The position numbers and the translations under genes were made by a program. Source: Candidatus Xenobia bacterium (GTDB lineage Bacteria > Acidobacteriota > Terriglobia > Acidiferrales > 2-02-FULL-67-57). Taken from it: DNA of 64,000 bases. Under the pieces are notes generated by a model that saw only the letters and a program-made list of their open reading frames with translations, did not search any database and had not been told where the DNA came from. The stretch is from positions 3,829 to 67,828 of the forward strand of contig DATLZZ010000022.1 in the NCBI GenBank assembly GCA_035573715.1. The letters are read 5' to 3'. Shown here in pieces: positions 45,592 to 54,872 of the stretch (its first letter is position 1; each line of letters begins with the position of its first letter).

Positions 45592-47421
45592 CTAGCGACG
45601 CAGATGGTGAGGAACGCTGGTGACGATGATGTGCGGCTTGAACAAGAGAGCAACCTTCAGAAACGCGGTTGTCTGGTTGTGCAGGAAGTGGTGCCACCAG
45701 CGGTTGGAGACAAACTCAGGGATGACCACGGTCACGACGTCTTCGTCGCGCCAGCTCCGCACTTCATCTATGAACCGCAGCAACGGTCCGCGGATGGAGC
45801 GGTAGGGCGACTCCAGGATGACGAGAGGGACATCCGGCGCCCAGGAGTGCCATTGCTGCTGGAGTTCCTCCGGGTGCTCGCCGTCGCGGTTGACATGGAC
45901 CGCGATGACGTCTTTGGAGATCGAGCGGGCGTACTCAATGGCCGCCAGCACCATCTTGTTGATGCCGGCCACGGGGACGACGGCGGTGTGGCGCAACTCC
46001 TCGGGCTTCTGGTAATCCATCAGCGACAGTTCGCGGGTGACCACGAAGTAGTGATTGCGGATGCGCCGGAACATGAACATGATTGCCGCCAGGGCGACGA
46101 TCACCATCCAGGCGCCTTCTTTGAATTTCACCACCGCCACCACCAACAGCACCAACGCCGTGGCTACCGCTCCGACGGCGTTGACGGCGGCGCGCCAGCC
46201 GGCGCCCGGCTCCTTGGACTTTCGCCAGTGGACCACCATTCCTGCCTGAGAGAGCGTGAAGGCAAGAAAGACGCCCACCATGTAGAGGGGAATCAGAGCG
46301 TGCACGCTGCCCCCGAACACAACCAGCAGAAGAATGGCGACCAGCGCCAGGAACAGCATCCCGTTGGAGAAAACCAGGCGGTCGCCGAGGTTGGCGAGTT
46401 GTCGCGGCAGGAACCGGTCCTGGGCGACGATGGAGCACAGGCGGGGAAAATCGGCAAAACTGGTATTCGCGGCGAGGATCAGGATCGCCATAGTCGAGGC
46501 CTGAATGGCGTAGTAGATGGGTCCCACGCCGAAGATAGCGCGGCCGAGCTGCGAGAGCAGTGTCTCCTCGGGCCGATGAGGGAAATTGTAGGCGTAGGCG
46601 AGGAAGCTGGTACCGAGGAACATCGTGGCCAGCAGGCTCGCCATGACGTAGAGCGTGACCGAAGCGTTGCGGGAAACCGGCGGCTTGAAGATGCGCACGC
46701 CGTTGGCGACGGCTTCGACACCAGTCAACGCCGCACAGCCAGCGGCGAAGGCGCGCAGCAGCAGGAAGACATAGGCGACGCTCATCAGCTCCTGGGTGGC
46801 TTGCGCAGGCGGAGGAACGACTTCGCCCTGAAGGTAGCGCCAGAGGCCTCCTCCAATAAGTGCGAACATGCAGAGGATGAAGAAGTAGACGGGGCCGGCA
46901 AAGACCGCGGCGGACTCGCGCACACCCCGGAGGTTCACAACCAGGATCAAGACCACGGCGAGAATGCAAAGGCTGACACGATGAGAGTAGAGAGCGGGGA
47001 CCGCCGACGTGATAGCCGCCACGCCGGCCGCCACGCTCACCGCCACCGTCAGGATGTAATCCATCAGCAGTGCAGCGGCGCCGGCCAGGGCAGCAGTGAC
47101 GCCCAGGTTTTCCTTGGCGACCGTATAGGCGCCGCCTCCGGTGGGATACGCATGCAACGTCTGGCCATAGGAAATGGCGACGATGGCGGTGAGGATGACA
47201 ATGGCCCCGGCGATTGGAACGGCGTAGTGGAGGGGGACAACCAGTCCCATGGCGGCCCCGGCGCTGAGTGCGAGCAGGATTTCTTCGGTGGCGTAGGCGG
47301 TCGAGGACAGGTTGTCGGAGGCAAGGACGGCCAGGGCGGCCTTCTTCGACAGATGCTGTTCGGGGAGGGCGGCAGTTTCCAGCGGGCTGCCGATAAGAAT
47401 CTGCTTGAGGCGGCGGAACAT
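45592..47421 (-). CDS. APC-superfamily transporter of the KimA (K+/H+ symporter) type with a cytoplasmic C-terminal domain
   Basis: N-terminus MFRRLKQILIGSPL......EQ.L.K..ALAVL.SD.LSS.AY.TE.IL closely parallels B. subtilis KimA. I chose the ATG at 47421. Confidence 0.6.
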   Translation of the reverse strand: MFRRLKQILIGSPLETAALPEQHLSKKAALAVLASDNLSSTAYATEEILLALSAGAAMGLVVPLHYAVPIAGAIVILTAIVAISYGQTLHAYPTGGGAYTVAKENLGVTAALAGAAALLMDYILTVAVSVAAGVAAITSAVPALYSHRVSLCILAVVLILVVNLRGVRESAAVFAGPVYFFILCMFALIGGGLWRYLQGEVVPPPAQATQELMSVAYVFLLLRAFAAGCAALTGVEAVANGVRIFKPPVSRNASVTLYVMASLLATMFLGTSFLAYAYNFPHRPEETLLSQLGRAIFGVGPIYYAIQASTMAILILAANTSFADFPRLCSIVAQDRFLPRQLANLGDRLVFSNGMLFLALVAILLLVVFGGSVHALIPLYMVGVFLAFTLSQAGMVVHWRKSKEPGAGWRAAVNAVGAVATALVLLVVAVVKFKEGAWMVIVALAAIMFMFRRIRNHYFVVTRELSLMDYQKPEELRHTAVVPVAGINKMVLAAIEYARSISKDVIAVHVNRDGEHPEELQQQWHSWAPDVPLVILESPYRSIRGPLLRFIDEVRSWRDEDVVTVVIPEFVSNRWWHHFLHNQTTAFLKVALLFKPHIIVTSVPHHLRR

Positions 47422-47482
47422 CAGTTGGCGGCGCTTCTCCCGTTTCCTTCTAACACAGCAGTGGCACGCGAGCAAGCCAGGC

Positions 47483-47512
47483 TTGACGCGGCGGGGCCGC
47501 GGCGGCTACACT
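47483..47512 (+). promoter_or_regulatory. Putative promoter (TTGACG-N18-TACACT) for the DUF507 pair
   Basis: Read by eye. Confidence 0.3.
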
Positions 47513-47548
47513 AGCAGTGCATCCAGAAGTTGGGGAGAAGAGAAGGGG

Positions 47549-47827
47549 ATGCGGTTACCCCGCGAGTACGTGGAGTATATGTCGCGCGCGCTGCTGCAGC
47601 GCCTGCAGGCGGCGAACGTGATCGAAGCGGCCGCCCCGGACCCGGTGCGCGAGGCCGTGGCCCAGACCATCCTCGACGAACTGGCCATCGAAGACCGCAT
47701 CAACGACAAAGTCCGCGAGTACATGAACCAGTACGCGGACGAAATCCGCCGCCAGGGCATCAGTTATCAGGAGATGTTCAAGCGCATCAAGAGCGAGCTG
47801 GTGCGGCGCGAGAAGGTGATCCTGTGA
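47549..47827 (+). CDS. DUF507-family protein, copy 1
   Basis: 92 aa beginning MRLPREYVEYMSRALLQRL. ATG follows a GGGGAGAAGAGAAGGGG purine tract. Confidence 0.6.
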   Translation: MRLPREYVEYMSRALLQRLQAANVIEAAAPDPVREAVAQTILDELAIEDRINDKVREYMNQYADEIRRQGISYQEMFKRIKSELVRREKVIL

Positions 47828-48108
47828 TGCGGCTGAGCCGGGAGAAAATCGTTCGGCTCTCCCACCTCATCGTAGAAAGAATCGCTTCTTTTGACGACGT
47901 CGAGTTCGTAGAAGACCGCAACACCGTGCGGTTGGAAATTGTGAAAGTCCTCCAGGACCTGCTGCGCGAAGAAGAAAACATGGAAGCCGCCGCGCGGCAG
48001 AAGATTGCCTCCCAGAAGCGCCCCATCCCCGAAGGTAGCGCGGAGTGGGAGACGCTCTACCGCAAGTACTACACCGAAGAATTGCGCCGCCTGGGCATCG
48101 ACGCCTAG
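47827..48108 (+). CDS. DUF507-family protein, copy 2
   Basis: 93 aa beginning MRLSREKIVRLSHLIVERI. Its ATG shares the A of the upstream TGA. Confidence 0.6.
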   Translation: MRLSREKIVRLSHLIVERIASFDDVEFVEDRNTVRLEIVKVLQDLLREEENMEAAARQKIASQKRPIPEGSAEWETLYRKYYTEELRRLGIDA

Positions 48109-48179
48109 CCCGGTTCCAATTCGGACTTCTCCGGGAAGGGTCGTTCGAGAGTTTTTGTGTCCGGTTTGGAACGGGGTTA
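48106..48179. repeat. Palindromic intergenic element E2, bounded exactly by the stop codons of two convergent genes
   Basis: Left arm TAG-CCCGGTTCCAATTCGGAC. The right arm read inward on the minus strand is TAA-CCCCGTTCCAAACCGGAC. Homologous to E1 at 3509-3587. Confidence 0.6.
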
Positions 48180-49169
48180 GTCGCGGCGCTTGAGGACCGG
48201 CGGCTTGTCTTCTTCTTTCTTTTCTTCGTCCTCTTGCTTCTTCTCGCGGCTGCGGAGGGTGGGCCGGTCGGACTTCTCGTCTTCAATCTTGCGCCCGGCG
48301 GCCAATTGCGCCAGGCGGGCCTTGACTTGCTCGAACTCCGAGGTCGTCACCACGTACTCCGGCTGGGCCGGCAGCAACGAGGCGATTTCACTCTGCGCCC
48401 GGGTCACGCGCTCGCCGGTGGGCGGGTGCGAGGAGAAAATCTTGGGGACCGAGCCGGGCTGCTTGCGCTCCTTCTCGCGAATCTTTTCGAAGAAGGTGAT
48501 GAACGCCGTTGGGTCGTAGCCGGCCTTGTACATGTACTGCACGCCCAGGAAGTCGGCTTCGCGCTCGGCGTCGCGGCTGAACTTGAGGAAGGCCAGCGGC
48601 AGGCCGAAATTCAGGCCCTGATAAATCCCGTAGCCCGCCCAGCCGCCGGGCAGGAAGATGATGGCCGGAATCAGCGCCCACTGCGTAATCTGCGCCTTGG
48701 TGGCCTGGCGCGTGGCATGCCGCGCGGTTACGTGCGCGATCTCGTGCGCCATCACGCCGGCCAGCTCGGCCTCCTCATCCGCCGCCATCACCAGGCCGGA
48801 GTTGATGTAGAAGAAGCCGCCGGGCAACGCGAAGGCGTTGATTTCCTCCGAGTCAATCACCTTGACGGTGAAGGGCACGCGTGCGTCGGAGTTGCGCACC
48901 AGATTCTGGGCGACCTTGTCGACATAGGCCACCACCACCGGGTCCTGCACCAGCCGGGCGGTCTGCTCAATCTGCTGGGAGAGCTGCTTGCCGAGGGCGA
49001 TCTCGGACTCGAGCGAATAGAGGTTGATGCCCTTGCCGACGTCCCGCTCGCCGATCTTGCTGACGTCTTTCTTTTCGTCCTTCTTTTCGTCGCCCGCCAG
49101 GACGGCGGTCGGCGCCAGCAGGAACAGGCTCAGGACGATGGCCAGCGCGGCGCGAGGTGTGGTTCGCAT
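48177..49169 (-). CDS. M48-family zinc metalloprotease (BepA/YfgC-like) with a Lys/Glu-rich C-terminal tail
   Basis: HEIAHV zinc motif and signal peptide. ATG at 49169 follows GAGGGAG. Confidence 0.8.
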   Translation of the reverse strand: MRTTPRAALAIVLSLFLLAPTAVLAGDEKKDEKKDVSKIGERDVGKGINLYSLESEIALGKQLSQQIEQTARLVQDPVVVAYVDKVAQNLVRNSDARVPFTVKVIDSEEINAFALPGGFFYINSGLVMAADEEAELAGVMAHEIAHVTARHATRQATKAQITQWALIPAIIFLPGGWAGYGIYQGLNFGLPLAFLKFSRDAEREADFLGVQYMYKAGYDPTAFITFFEKIREKERKQPGSVPKIFSSHPPTGERVTRAQSEIASLLPAQPEYVVTTSEFEQVKARLAQLAAGRKIEDEKSDRPTLRSREKKQEDEEKKEEDKPPVLKRRD

Positions 49170-49277
49170 CGTGTCTCCCTCGGATACGCCTATGGTAGCA
49201 CGCCCGACACTCCAATCCAACTCCGCTTAATTGGATGGCAGCGGGGGCCAAAACGTTACCCTGGCCTCGACCCGCAC

Positions 49278-49307
49278 TTGACTGGGGCAGGCGAGCAGTT
49301 CTAAAGT
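49278..49307 (+). promoter_or_regulatory. Putative promoter (TTGACT-N18-TAAAGT)
   Basis: Read by eye, upstream of the small ORF at 49338. Confidence 0.3.
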
Positions 49308-49337
49308 GCCTGCGCGAGCCACCGCAGCGGAGGCCCA

Positions 49338-49550
49338 GTGCCGCGCAGTCTTCAGCTAGGCCAAATCTGGCGCTACAACGCCACCGGCGAGAACTTCCTG
49401 GTGACCAAGCTCTACCAGGAGGTGTTCTCCACCTACGCCGTGATGCGCAAGGTGGGCGACGAAACCGCGGGTACGGTGCGGGTGAAAGCGCAGAAGACCG
49501 CCGACGGCGTCAGCCTGCCCGGGTATACCTTTACCCAAGAGGAAAAGTAG
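49338..49550 (+). CDS. Small hypothetical protein (70 aa)
   Basis: GTG start after GGAGG. No family recognised. Confidence 0.35.
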   Translation: MPRSLQLGQIWRYNATGENFLVTKLYQEVFSTYAVMRKVGDETAGTVRVKAQKTADGVSLPGYTFTQEEK

Positions 49551-49566
49551 CCTCCCCGCAACTCGA

Positions 49567-50211
49567 GTGGCGTCCACTCCTCCAACAGCCCAAGCCACAG
49601 CGCGGTCACGCGGGTGGGTCCATCCCTTTCGTCGCCTCTACGACTGGGTGCTGTCATGGGCAAACACGCGCTGGGGCCCGGCGGCGCTGAGCGCGCTGGC
49701 TTTCACTGAATCGGTTATCTTCCCCGTCCCGCCCGACCCGCTGCTGATGGCGTTGTCGCTGGGGCGCCCGCAGCACAGCTACCGCTACGCGCTGATTTCC
49801 ACCGTTAGTTCCGTGGCGGGAGGTGTGTGCGGCTACGCTGTGGGCTACTGGGTGTGGCATCTCGTCAGCGCTTGGTTTTTTGCCTATGTGCCCGGCTTTA
49901 CGCCGGAGAATTTTGCCTACGTGCAGGCGAGGTACGACGAGAACGCCTTTCTGGCCATCTTCGCTGCCGCCTTCACGCCGATTCCCTACAAGGTGTTCAC
50001 CATTGCCAGCGGGGTGTTCCAGACCGGCATACCGGTCCTGGTGGCGGCCAGCGTGCTGGGGCGCGGGCTGCGCTTCTTCGCCGTAGCGGGGCTGATGAAG
50101 CGCTGGGGCCCGCAGGCCAGGGAGTTCATCGACCGCTACTTCAACTGGCTGACTCTGCTCTTCTTCCTGCTGCTGGCGCTGGGCTTCTGGCTCCTCCCGA
50201 AGCTGTTTTGA
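49567..50211 (+). CDS. YqaA/DedA-type (VTT domain) membrane protein
   Basis: A..ES..FP.P.D.LL motif and about 4 TM segments. Confidence 0.7.
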   Translation: MASTPPTAQATARSRGWVHPFRRLYDWVLSWANTRWGPAALSALAFTESVIFPVPPDPLLMALSLGRPQHSYRYALISTVSSVAGGVCGYAVGYWVWHLVSAWFFAYVPGFTPENFAYVQARYDENAFLAIFAAAFTPIPYKVFTIASGVFQTGIPVLVAASVLGRGLRFFAVAGLMKRWGPQAREFIDRYFNWLTLLFFLLLALGFWLLPKLF

Positions 50212-50282
50212 GCTGCGCGCGGCTTGACCCGTGAGCGGGGGCGCGGTAGGCTCGCAGAGGAGGGCAGGCGGAAGCATACGCG

Positions 50283-51302
50283 ATGAAGAGCGCCCGAGGC
50301 TCACTGCCCGCAGTCACCTTCGTTCTCGTTTTGCTGTTCCCTTGGACAGCCCTTTCGCCGTCGAGCGCGTCTCCCTACCCGCCGGGCATAGTGGAAGTGA
50401 GCGACCCGTGGGGAGAAAACCCCACGCTGAAGTTTCGGATCGGCCACGAGCACAAGGTGCTGCTGGCAACCGACTACTGCTACGGCGACCTCTACGTTTC
50501 CGCCTCACGCATCCGTTACCACGTAGTAGGGCCGTACTCGGTGCACAGTTTCGATCTGGCGCGGTCGGAAGTGACCGGCACCAAGCCGTGGTACTTCGGG
50601 CTGGAGATGGTGACCAAGCCCCGGAAGTACCACGTCGTGCTTTATCCGCTGGACAAAGGCACGCCGCAGGTGGCGATTCTGGTGGCGGTGATTGACCCGA
50701 ACTACATCAACCCGCAGCCGCTGGCGGACGCTCTGACCAACTTTCCGATGGCGCTGGAGCGGGCGCGAGCCAACCTGCCCCGGCCGGCGCCGCCGCCCCC
50801 GCCCCCCGAGCCGCCCAAACCGCCTGAGGTGCTGATTCTGGAACCGGCCGGTGAGAACGTCGAAGTCAACACGGCGACCATCGACGTCCGCGGTGTGGCG
50901 ATGGACTCGAAGGGCATCGCGTTGGTTCGAGTGGGCAATAAGCTCGCCACCATGCAGCCGCGCACCCTGCTGGCTACCGAGTTCTGGGTTGAAGACCTGC
51001 CGCTGGCGATCGGCGAGAACCAGATCGAAGTCGTAGTGACCAACACCGAGCGAGTGGAAGCGAAGAGCGTCGTAAAAGTCGGGCGCGTTGAGGCGCCGCC
51101 GCCGGAGCCGCCCAAGCCCACCGGCCTGAGTGTGGACGAAGTAACCAAGCTGCTGGCAGCGGGCGTGACTCCGGCGCGGGTGGAAACCATCGTCAAGGAG
51201 CGCGGCGTCGGGTTCGAGCTGAACGACGAGAACGAGAAGAAGCTGCGCGACGCCGGCGCCACCGACGCGCTCCTGCTCGTCATTGCCAAAACCAGGAAGT
51301 AG
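50283..51302 (+). CDS. Secreted hypothetical protein with a Pro-rich linker and an Ig-like middle domain
   Basis: Signal peptide and PPPPPPEPPKPPE linkers. No family recognised. Confidence 0.55.
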   Translation: MKSARGSLPAVTFVLVLLFPWTALSPSSASPYPPGIVEVSDPWGENPTLKFRIGHEHKVLLATDYCYGDLYVSASRIRYHVVGPYSVHSFDLARSEVTGTKPWYFGLEMVTKPRKYHVVLYPLDKGTPQVAILVAVIDPNYINPQPLADALTNFPMALERARANLPRPAPPPPPPEPPKPPEVLILEPAGENVEVNTATIDVRGVAMDSKGIALVRVGNKLATMQPRTLLATEFWVEDLPLAIGENQIEVVVTNTERVEAKSVVKVGRVEAPPPEPPKPTGLSVDEVTKLLAAGVTPARVETIVKERGVGFELNDENEKKLRDAGATDALLLVIAKTRK

Positions 51303-51316
51303 TTCGCGGGCGCGCT

Positions 51317-53062
51317 TTACTTCGGTTTGCGGAGCAGCTCTTCTTCCGCCGCCTTGGCTTTGCGAGCGCGGTCGAGGCCGCGCTGGGCGTCGGCATGGCT
51401 CGGATCCAGTACCACAGCAGCCTCAAAGGCGCGTATGGCATCGTCGTAGTCGCCCCGGTCCATCGCCGCCCGTCCATCCTGAATGAACTGCTGAACCTTC
51501 TGGGCGTCGACCCTCGGAACGCGCGCGGCCGGCGGCGGCTCCTTGGCCAGCAGGGCGCGGCGCATGCGCTGGCGGGCCTCGCGCACCTCGGGATTGTTGG
51601 GGGCGCGCTTGTGGGCTTCCTCGAGCAAGGTGCGGGCGGTTTCGCGGTCGCCGCGCTCGTAGGCGTCGCGCGCCTCGCGGAGGATGGCCCGCAGCGTCCG
51701 TTCGTCCTCGGTGGGGGCCGCTTCCTTTGGCGGCGGTTCTGCCGGTGTCGTTTCGACCCGAGCCGGAGGCTGTGCTTGGGGCGCCGGAACAGTTTGAGCC
51801 GGTGGCAGCTCGGTCTGTGGCGCAGTTGTTTGCCGGGTTGGCCAGCCGAGCTTGCCGCTAACGGTCAGGAAAGCGATGCCAGCAACCAGGGCGAGCCCAC
51901 CACCGATCCCGATGTATCTCCAGATAGACGGTTCCTCCGGCGGCGGTTGCTGGAACATGGCTCGAGCCGGGGCGGCGGCCGCGGGTCGCGGTGGAGGCGC
52001 CGGGGCGGCACGAGGCACCGACGGCGGAGCCACGGCGGGCACAGCCGGCTGGGAGCGCGCGCCCGATGCAGTCGTGGGCGTGCGTTGGACTCTCGGAGCA
52101 GGCGGGCGCAATTGTTGGGCGATGGATTCCAACTCTTCGCGCATGGCGTCGGCGGTGGGGAAGCGATGGTCGGGATTCTTCTCCAGCGCGCGCAACACCA
52201 GCCGCGCCAGCGCGGGCGGCAAGTCCTGCTTGACGCTCAGAGGGTTGGTGGGCTGGGTCTGCACGTGCGCCACCAGCATCATCACCGGCGTGTTGGCGGT
52301 GAAGGGCAGGCGCCCAGTCAGCATTTCGTAGAGGACAACGCCGAGCGAGTAGAGGTCGGTACGTCCGTCGAGCGAGTCGCCTTTGGTGCCCATGGCCTGC
52401 TCGGGCGACATGTATTCGGGCGTGCCGACCACAAAGCCGGTGCCGGTGAGCGAAGCGCGGTGGAGCGTGTTGCTGCCTTCCTTGACCTTGGCGACGCCGA
52501 AGTCGAGCACTTTGGCGCGCTCGCTGCCGTCGGGATCGGTGGCCAGCAGGATGTTGGACGGCTTGATGTCACGGTGGACGATGCCAAGCTGGTGGGCGGC
52601 GCTGAGGGCTTCGGCCACCTCGCCGGCGATGCGGATGGCGCGCAGGGGCTCGAGCGGCTCGCCGCTGGCCAGGGCTTGGTCGAGGCTGGGCCCGTCGACG
52701 AACTCGAGCACCATGAAGGGCCGGCCGTCTTCGGTTTCGTCGTAGTCGCGCACCTGGACGGCGTTGGGGTGGTTGAGGCGGCGCATCACCAGCGCTTCGG
52801 AGCGGAACCGCTGCAGAAACTCGGCTTCCTCCAGCAGGTGCGACTTCACCACCTTGAGCGCGCAGATTTCGTTGAAGTGCAGGTGGCGCGCCTTGTAGAC
52901 CGTGCCCATGCCGCCCGCGCCCAGCTTGCTGAGGATTTCATACTTGCCGCGGATGACTGCGCCCTCTTGGAACTCGGTGATGTGGCGCAGGCCCACGCCA
53001 TCCTTGGGACAAACGGTGAAATCAACCGGATAGACCGATTTGCAGACCGGACAGCTCTTCAC
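51317..53062 (-). CDS. Ser/Thr protein kinase with an N-terminal zinc-ribbon-like CxxC...CxxDG, one TM segment and a C-terminal TPR
   Basis: Hanks motifs (GAGGMGTVYKA, HRDIKPSNIL, DFG, GTPEYMSPE). Confidence 0.9.
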   Translation of the reverse strand: MKSCPVCKSVYPVDFTVCPKDGVGLRHITEFQEGAVIRGKYEILSKLGAGGMGTVYKARHLHFNEICALKVVKSHLLEEAEFLQRFRSEALVMRRLNHPNAVQVRDYDETEDGRPFMVLEFVDGPSLDQALASGEPLEPLRAIRIAGEVAEALSAAHQLGIVHRDIKPSNILLATDPDGSERAKVLDFGVAKVKEGSNTLHRASLTGTGFVVGTPEYMSPEQAMGTKGDSLDGRTDLYSLGVVLYEMLTGRLPFTANTPVMMLVAHVQTQPTNPLSVKQDLPPALARLVLRALEKNPDHRFPTADAMREELESIAQQLRPPAPRVQRTPTTASGARSQPAVPAVAPPSVPRAAPAPPPRPAAAAPARAMFQQPPPEEPSIWRYIGIGGGLALVAGIAFLTVSGKLGWPTRQTTAPQTELPPAQTVPAPQAQPPARVETTPAEPPPKEAAPTEDERTLRAILREARDAYERGDRETARTLLEEAHKRAPNNPEVREARQRMRRALLAKEPPPAARVPRVDAQKVQQFIQDGRAAMDRGDYDDAIRAFEAAVVLDPSHADAQRGLDRARKAKAAEEELLRKPK

Positions 53063-53109
53063 CAGTTCATCTTAGGCGCGCGGCCGGTGGTTTTCAATTG
53101 CGGAGATTC

Positions 53110-53838
53110 TCAAAGGGAGCGGCCGGGAAGTTGGAGGACGTCGTCGACCGGCATCAGCTCGCGTGTCAGAAACGGCTCGCCGTAGCGGACACCGACCAGC
53201 GAGCCGTAGTAGCGGCAGATGGCGTCGAGGCGTTCTTCGAGGCCGGTCAGCGGGATGTGGATGCCGCGCTGCATCTTGGGCGCATCGAACTGCGAGCGGT
53301 AGCAGGCGATGGCGCGGGCGCGGCGCTTGTAGTCGCGGGTGATGTCGACGATGAAGCTGGGCGCGGCCTGCTTGCCGAGGTCGAACAGCAGCGAGTAGAG
53401 AACCTTGGTCGGCCGGTGCGGCGGCAGGCCGAGGTCAAGCTTGGCCAGGCCGGCGAGGTAGCAGGCTTTGTAGCCGATGTGGCTGGCGGCGACGTGGTCG
53501 GGATGGCGTCCTTTCCAATAGGGAAGAATGACCACGCGCGGGCGCAGGGCGCGCAGGCGCGCGGCGACTTCGTGCAGGGTCGTGCGGTCGGGCTCGAGCG
53601 CCGAGTCGGGCAGGCCGAGGTTCTCGCGATGGTGGAGGCCGAGGGCGCGGGTGGCGGCGCGGGCTTCGCGGGCGCGCTGCTCGGGCGTGCCGCGGGTGCC
53701 CATCTCGCCGCGGGTGAGGTCGAGGACGCCGACGCGGTAGCCGCGGCGCACGGCGCCGGCCAGCGTGCCGCCGCAGGCCAGCTCGGCGTCGTCGGGGTGA
53801 GCGACAATCGCCAGCAAGTCAACCCCGCTCGGCTTCAT
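53110..53838 (-). CDS. PIG-L family deacetylase, BshB1-like (bacillithiol biosynthesis candidate)
   Basis: AHPDDAEL..GGT, DLT.GE.G, and RHPDH, aligned by eye to B. subtilis BshB1. Confidence 0.6.
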   Translation of the reverse strand: MKPSGVDLLAIVAHPDDAELACGGTLAGAVRRGYRVGVLDLTRGEMGTRGTPEQRAREARAATRALGLHHRENLGLPDSALEPDRTTLHEVAARLRALRPRVVILPYWKGRHPDHVAASHIGYKACYLAGLAKLDLGLPPHRPTKVLYSLLFDLGKQAAPSFIVDITRDYKRRARAIACYRSQFDAPKMQRGIHIPLTGLEERLDAICRYYGSLVGVRYGEPFLTRELMPVDDVLQLPGRSL

Positions 53839-54092
53839 GGCGTCAGTCCCACCTTCTTCAGCAACTCCAAGGCGCGCCGGACTTGGGCCACGTCGATGCG
53901 ATACTTGGCCAGCTTGCGCCCGTCGAGCATCAGCACCGGCACTTGCTCGCCGTAGCGCTGCGCCAGCCCTGGGTCGGTGTCCACATCCACTTCCTTGAGC
54001 GCTACACCAAACTCGCGCAGCACCGGCGCGAGCGTTCCCTTGGCCTCGTCGCAGAGATGGCAGCCGACACGCGTATACAAGACAAGCTCCAT
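53835..54092 (-). CDS. Glutaredoxin-like (DUF836-type) small thioredoxin-fold protein
   Basis: LYTR.GCHLCDEA CxxC motif. 85 aa. ATGA-type overlap with the downstream deacetylase gene. Confidence 0.65.
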   Translation of the reverse strand: MELVLYTRVGCHLCDEAKGTLAPVLREFGVALKEVDVDTDPGLAQRYGEQVPVLMLDGRKLAKYRIDVAQVRRALELLKKVGLTP

Positions 54093-54137
54093 CGCGCTAT
54101 CTTTATCACTCCCTTGATTGGTTTGCCAGAGGAGAAT

Positions 54138-54872
54138 ATGGCCGAAAAACCGTTGGAGGGACAGGTAGCGCTGGTGACGGGCGGGGCGCGGCGCATCGGC
54201 CGCAGCATTGCGCTGGCGCTGGCGGGCGCGGGCGCGCGGGTGGCGGTGCACTACAACACTTCGAAGGGCGACGCCGAGGCGACGCGGCGCGAGATCGAGC
54301 AGCGAGGCGGGGAAGCGTTCCTCACCCAGGGCGACCTCAGTCGCGTCGACGAAGCGCGCCGCGTGGCCGAAGCCGCGCTCCAGCACTTCGGACGCGTCGA
54401 CCTCCTCATCAACAACGCCGGCATCTGGGAGCCGCATCACTGGGACAAGATCACCGAGGCGGTCTGGGATCGCTTCCTCGACACCAACCTCAAGTCGCAG
54501 TTCTTTCTGGCGCAGGCGCTGGCGCCGCAGATGAAGCAGCGCGGCCGCGGCTGCATCGTCAACCTGGCCTCCATCGGCGGCCTGCGGGCCTGGTCGGAGT
54601 TCATCCCCTACTGCGTGTCGAAGGCGGGCGTCATCATGCTGACGCGCGCGCTGGCCAAGGCGCTGGGGCCGGAGATCCGGGTCAACGCCGTGGCGCCCGG
54701 TTCGGTGCAGTTCCCGGGCGAAGCGCCTGACCAGAACTACATTCGCCGGGCGCCGCTGCAGCGCACCGGGACGCCGGACGACATAGTGCAAACTGTCCTC
54801 TTCCTGTGTACGAGCGCAGATTTCGTCACCGGCCAGACCATTGTGGTTGACGGCGGCTTCAGCCTCACATAG
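54138..54872 (+). CDS. SDR-family oxidoreductase (pteridine-reductase-like)
   Basis: VTGGARRIG, NNAG, Y-x3-K (YCVSK). ATG follows GGAG. Confidence 0.75.
   Translation: MAEKPLEGQVALVTGGARRIGRSIALALAGAGARVAVHYNTSKGDAEATRREIEQRGGEAFLTQGDLSRVDEARRVAEAALQHFGRVDLLINNAGIWEPHHWDKITEAVWDRFLDTNLKSQFFLAQALAPQMKQRGRGCIVNLASIGGLRAWSEFIPYCVSKAGVIMLTRALAKALGPEIRVNAVAPGSVQFPGEAPDQNYIRRAPLQRTGTPDDIVQTVLFLCTSADFVTGQTIVVDGGFSLT

Noticed and set aside
47462-47478. Sigma-54 promoter (TGGCAC...)
   Set aside because: The GG-to-GC spacing is 11 rather than 10, and the -12 element does not match TTGC.
47422-47548. c-di-AMP (ydaO-type) riboswitch upstream of the KimA-like gene
   Set aside because: The gap is short and shared with a divergent promoter. 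I could not find the pseudo-symmetric helices of that riboswitch.
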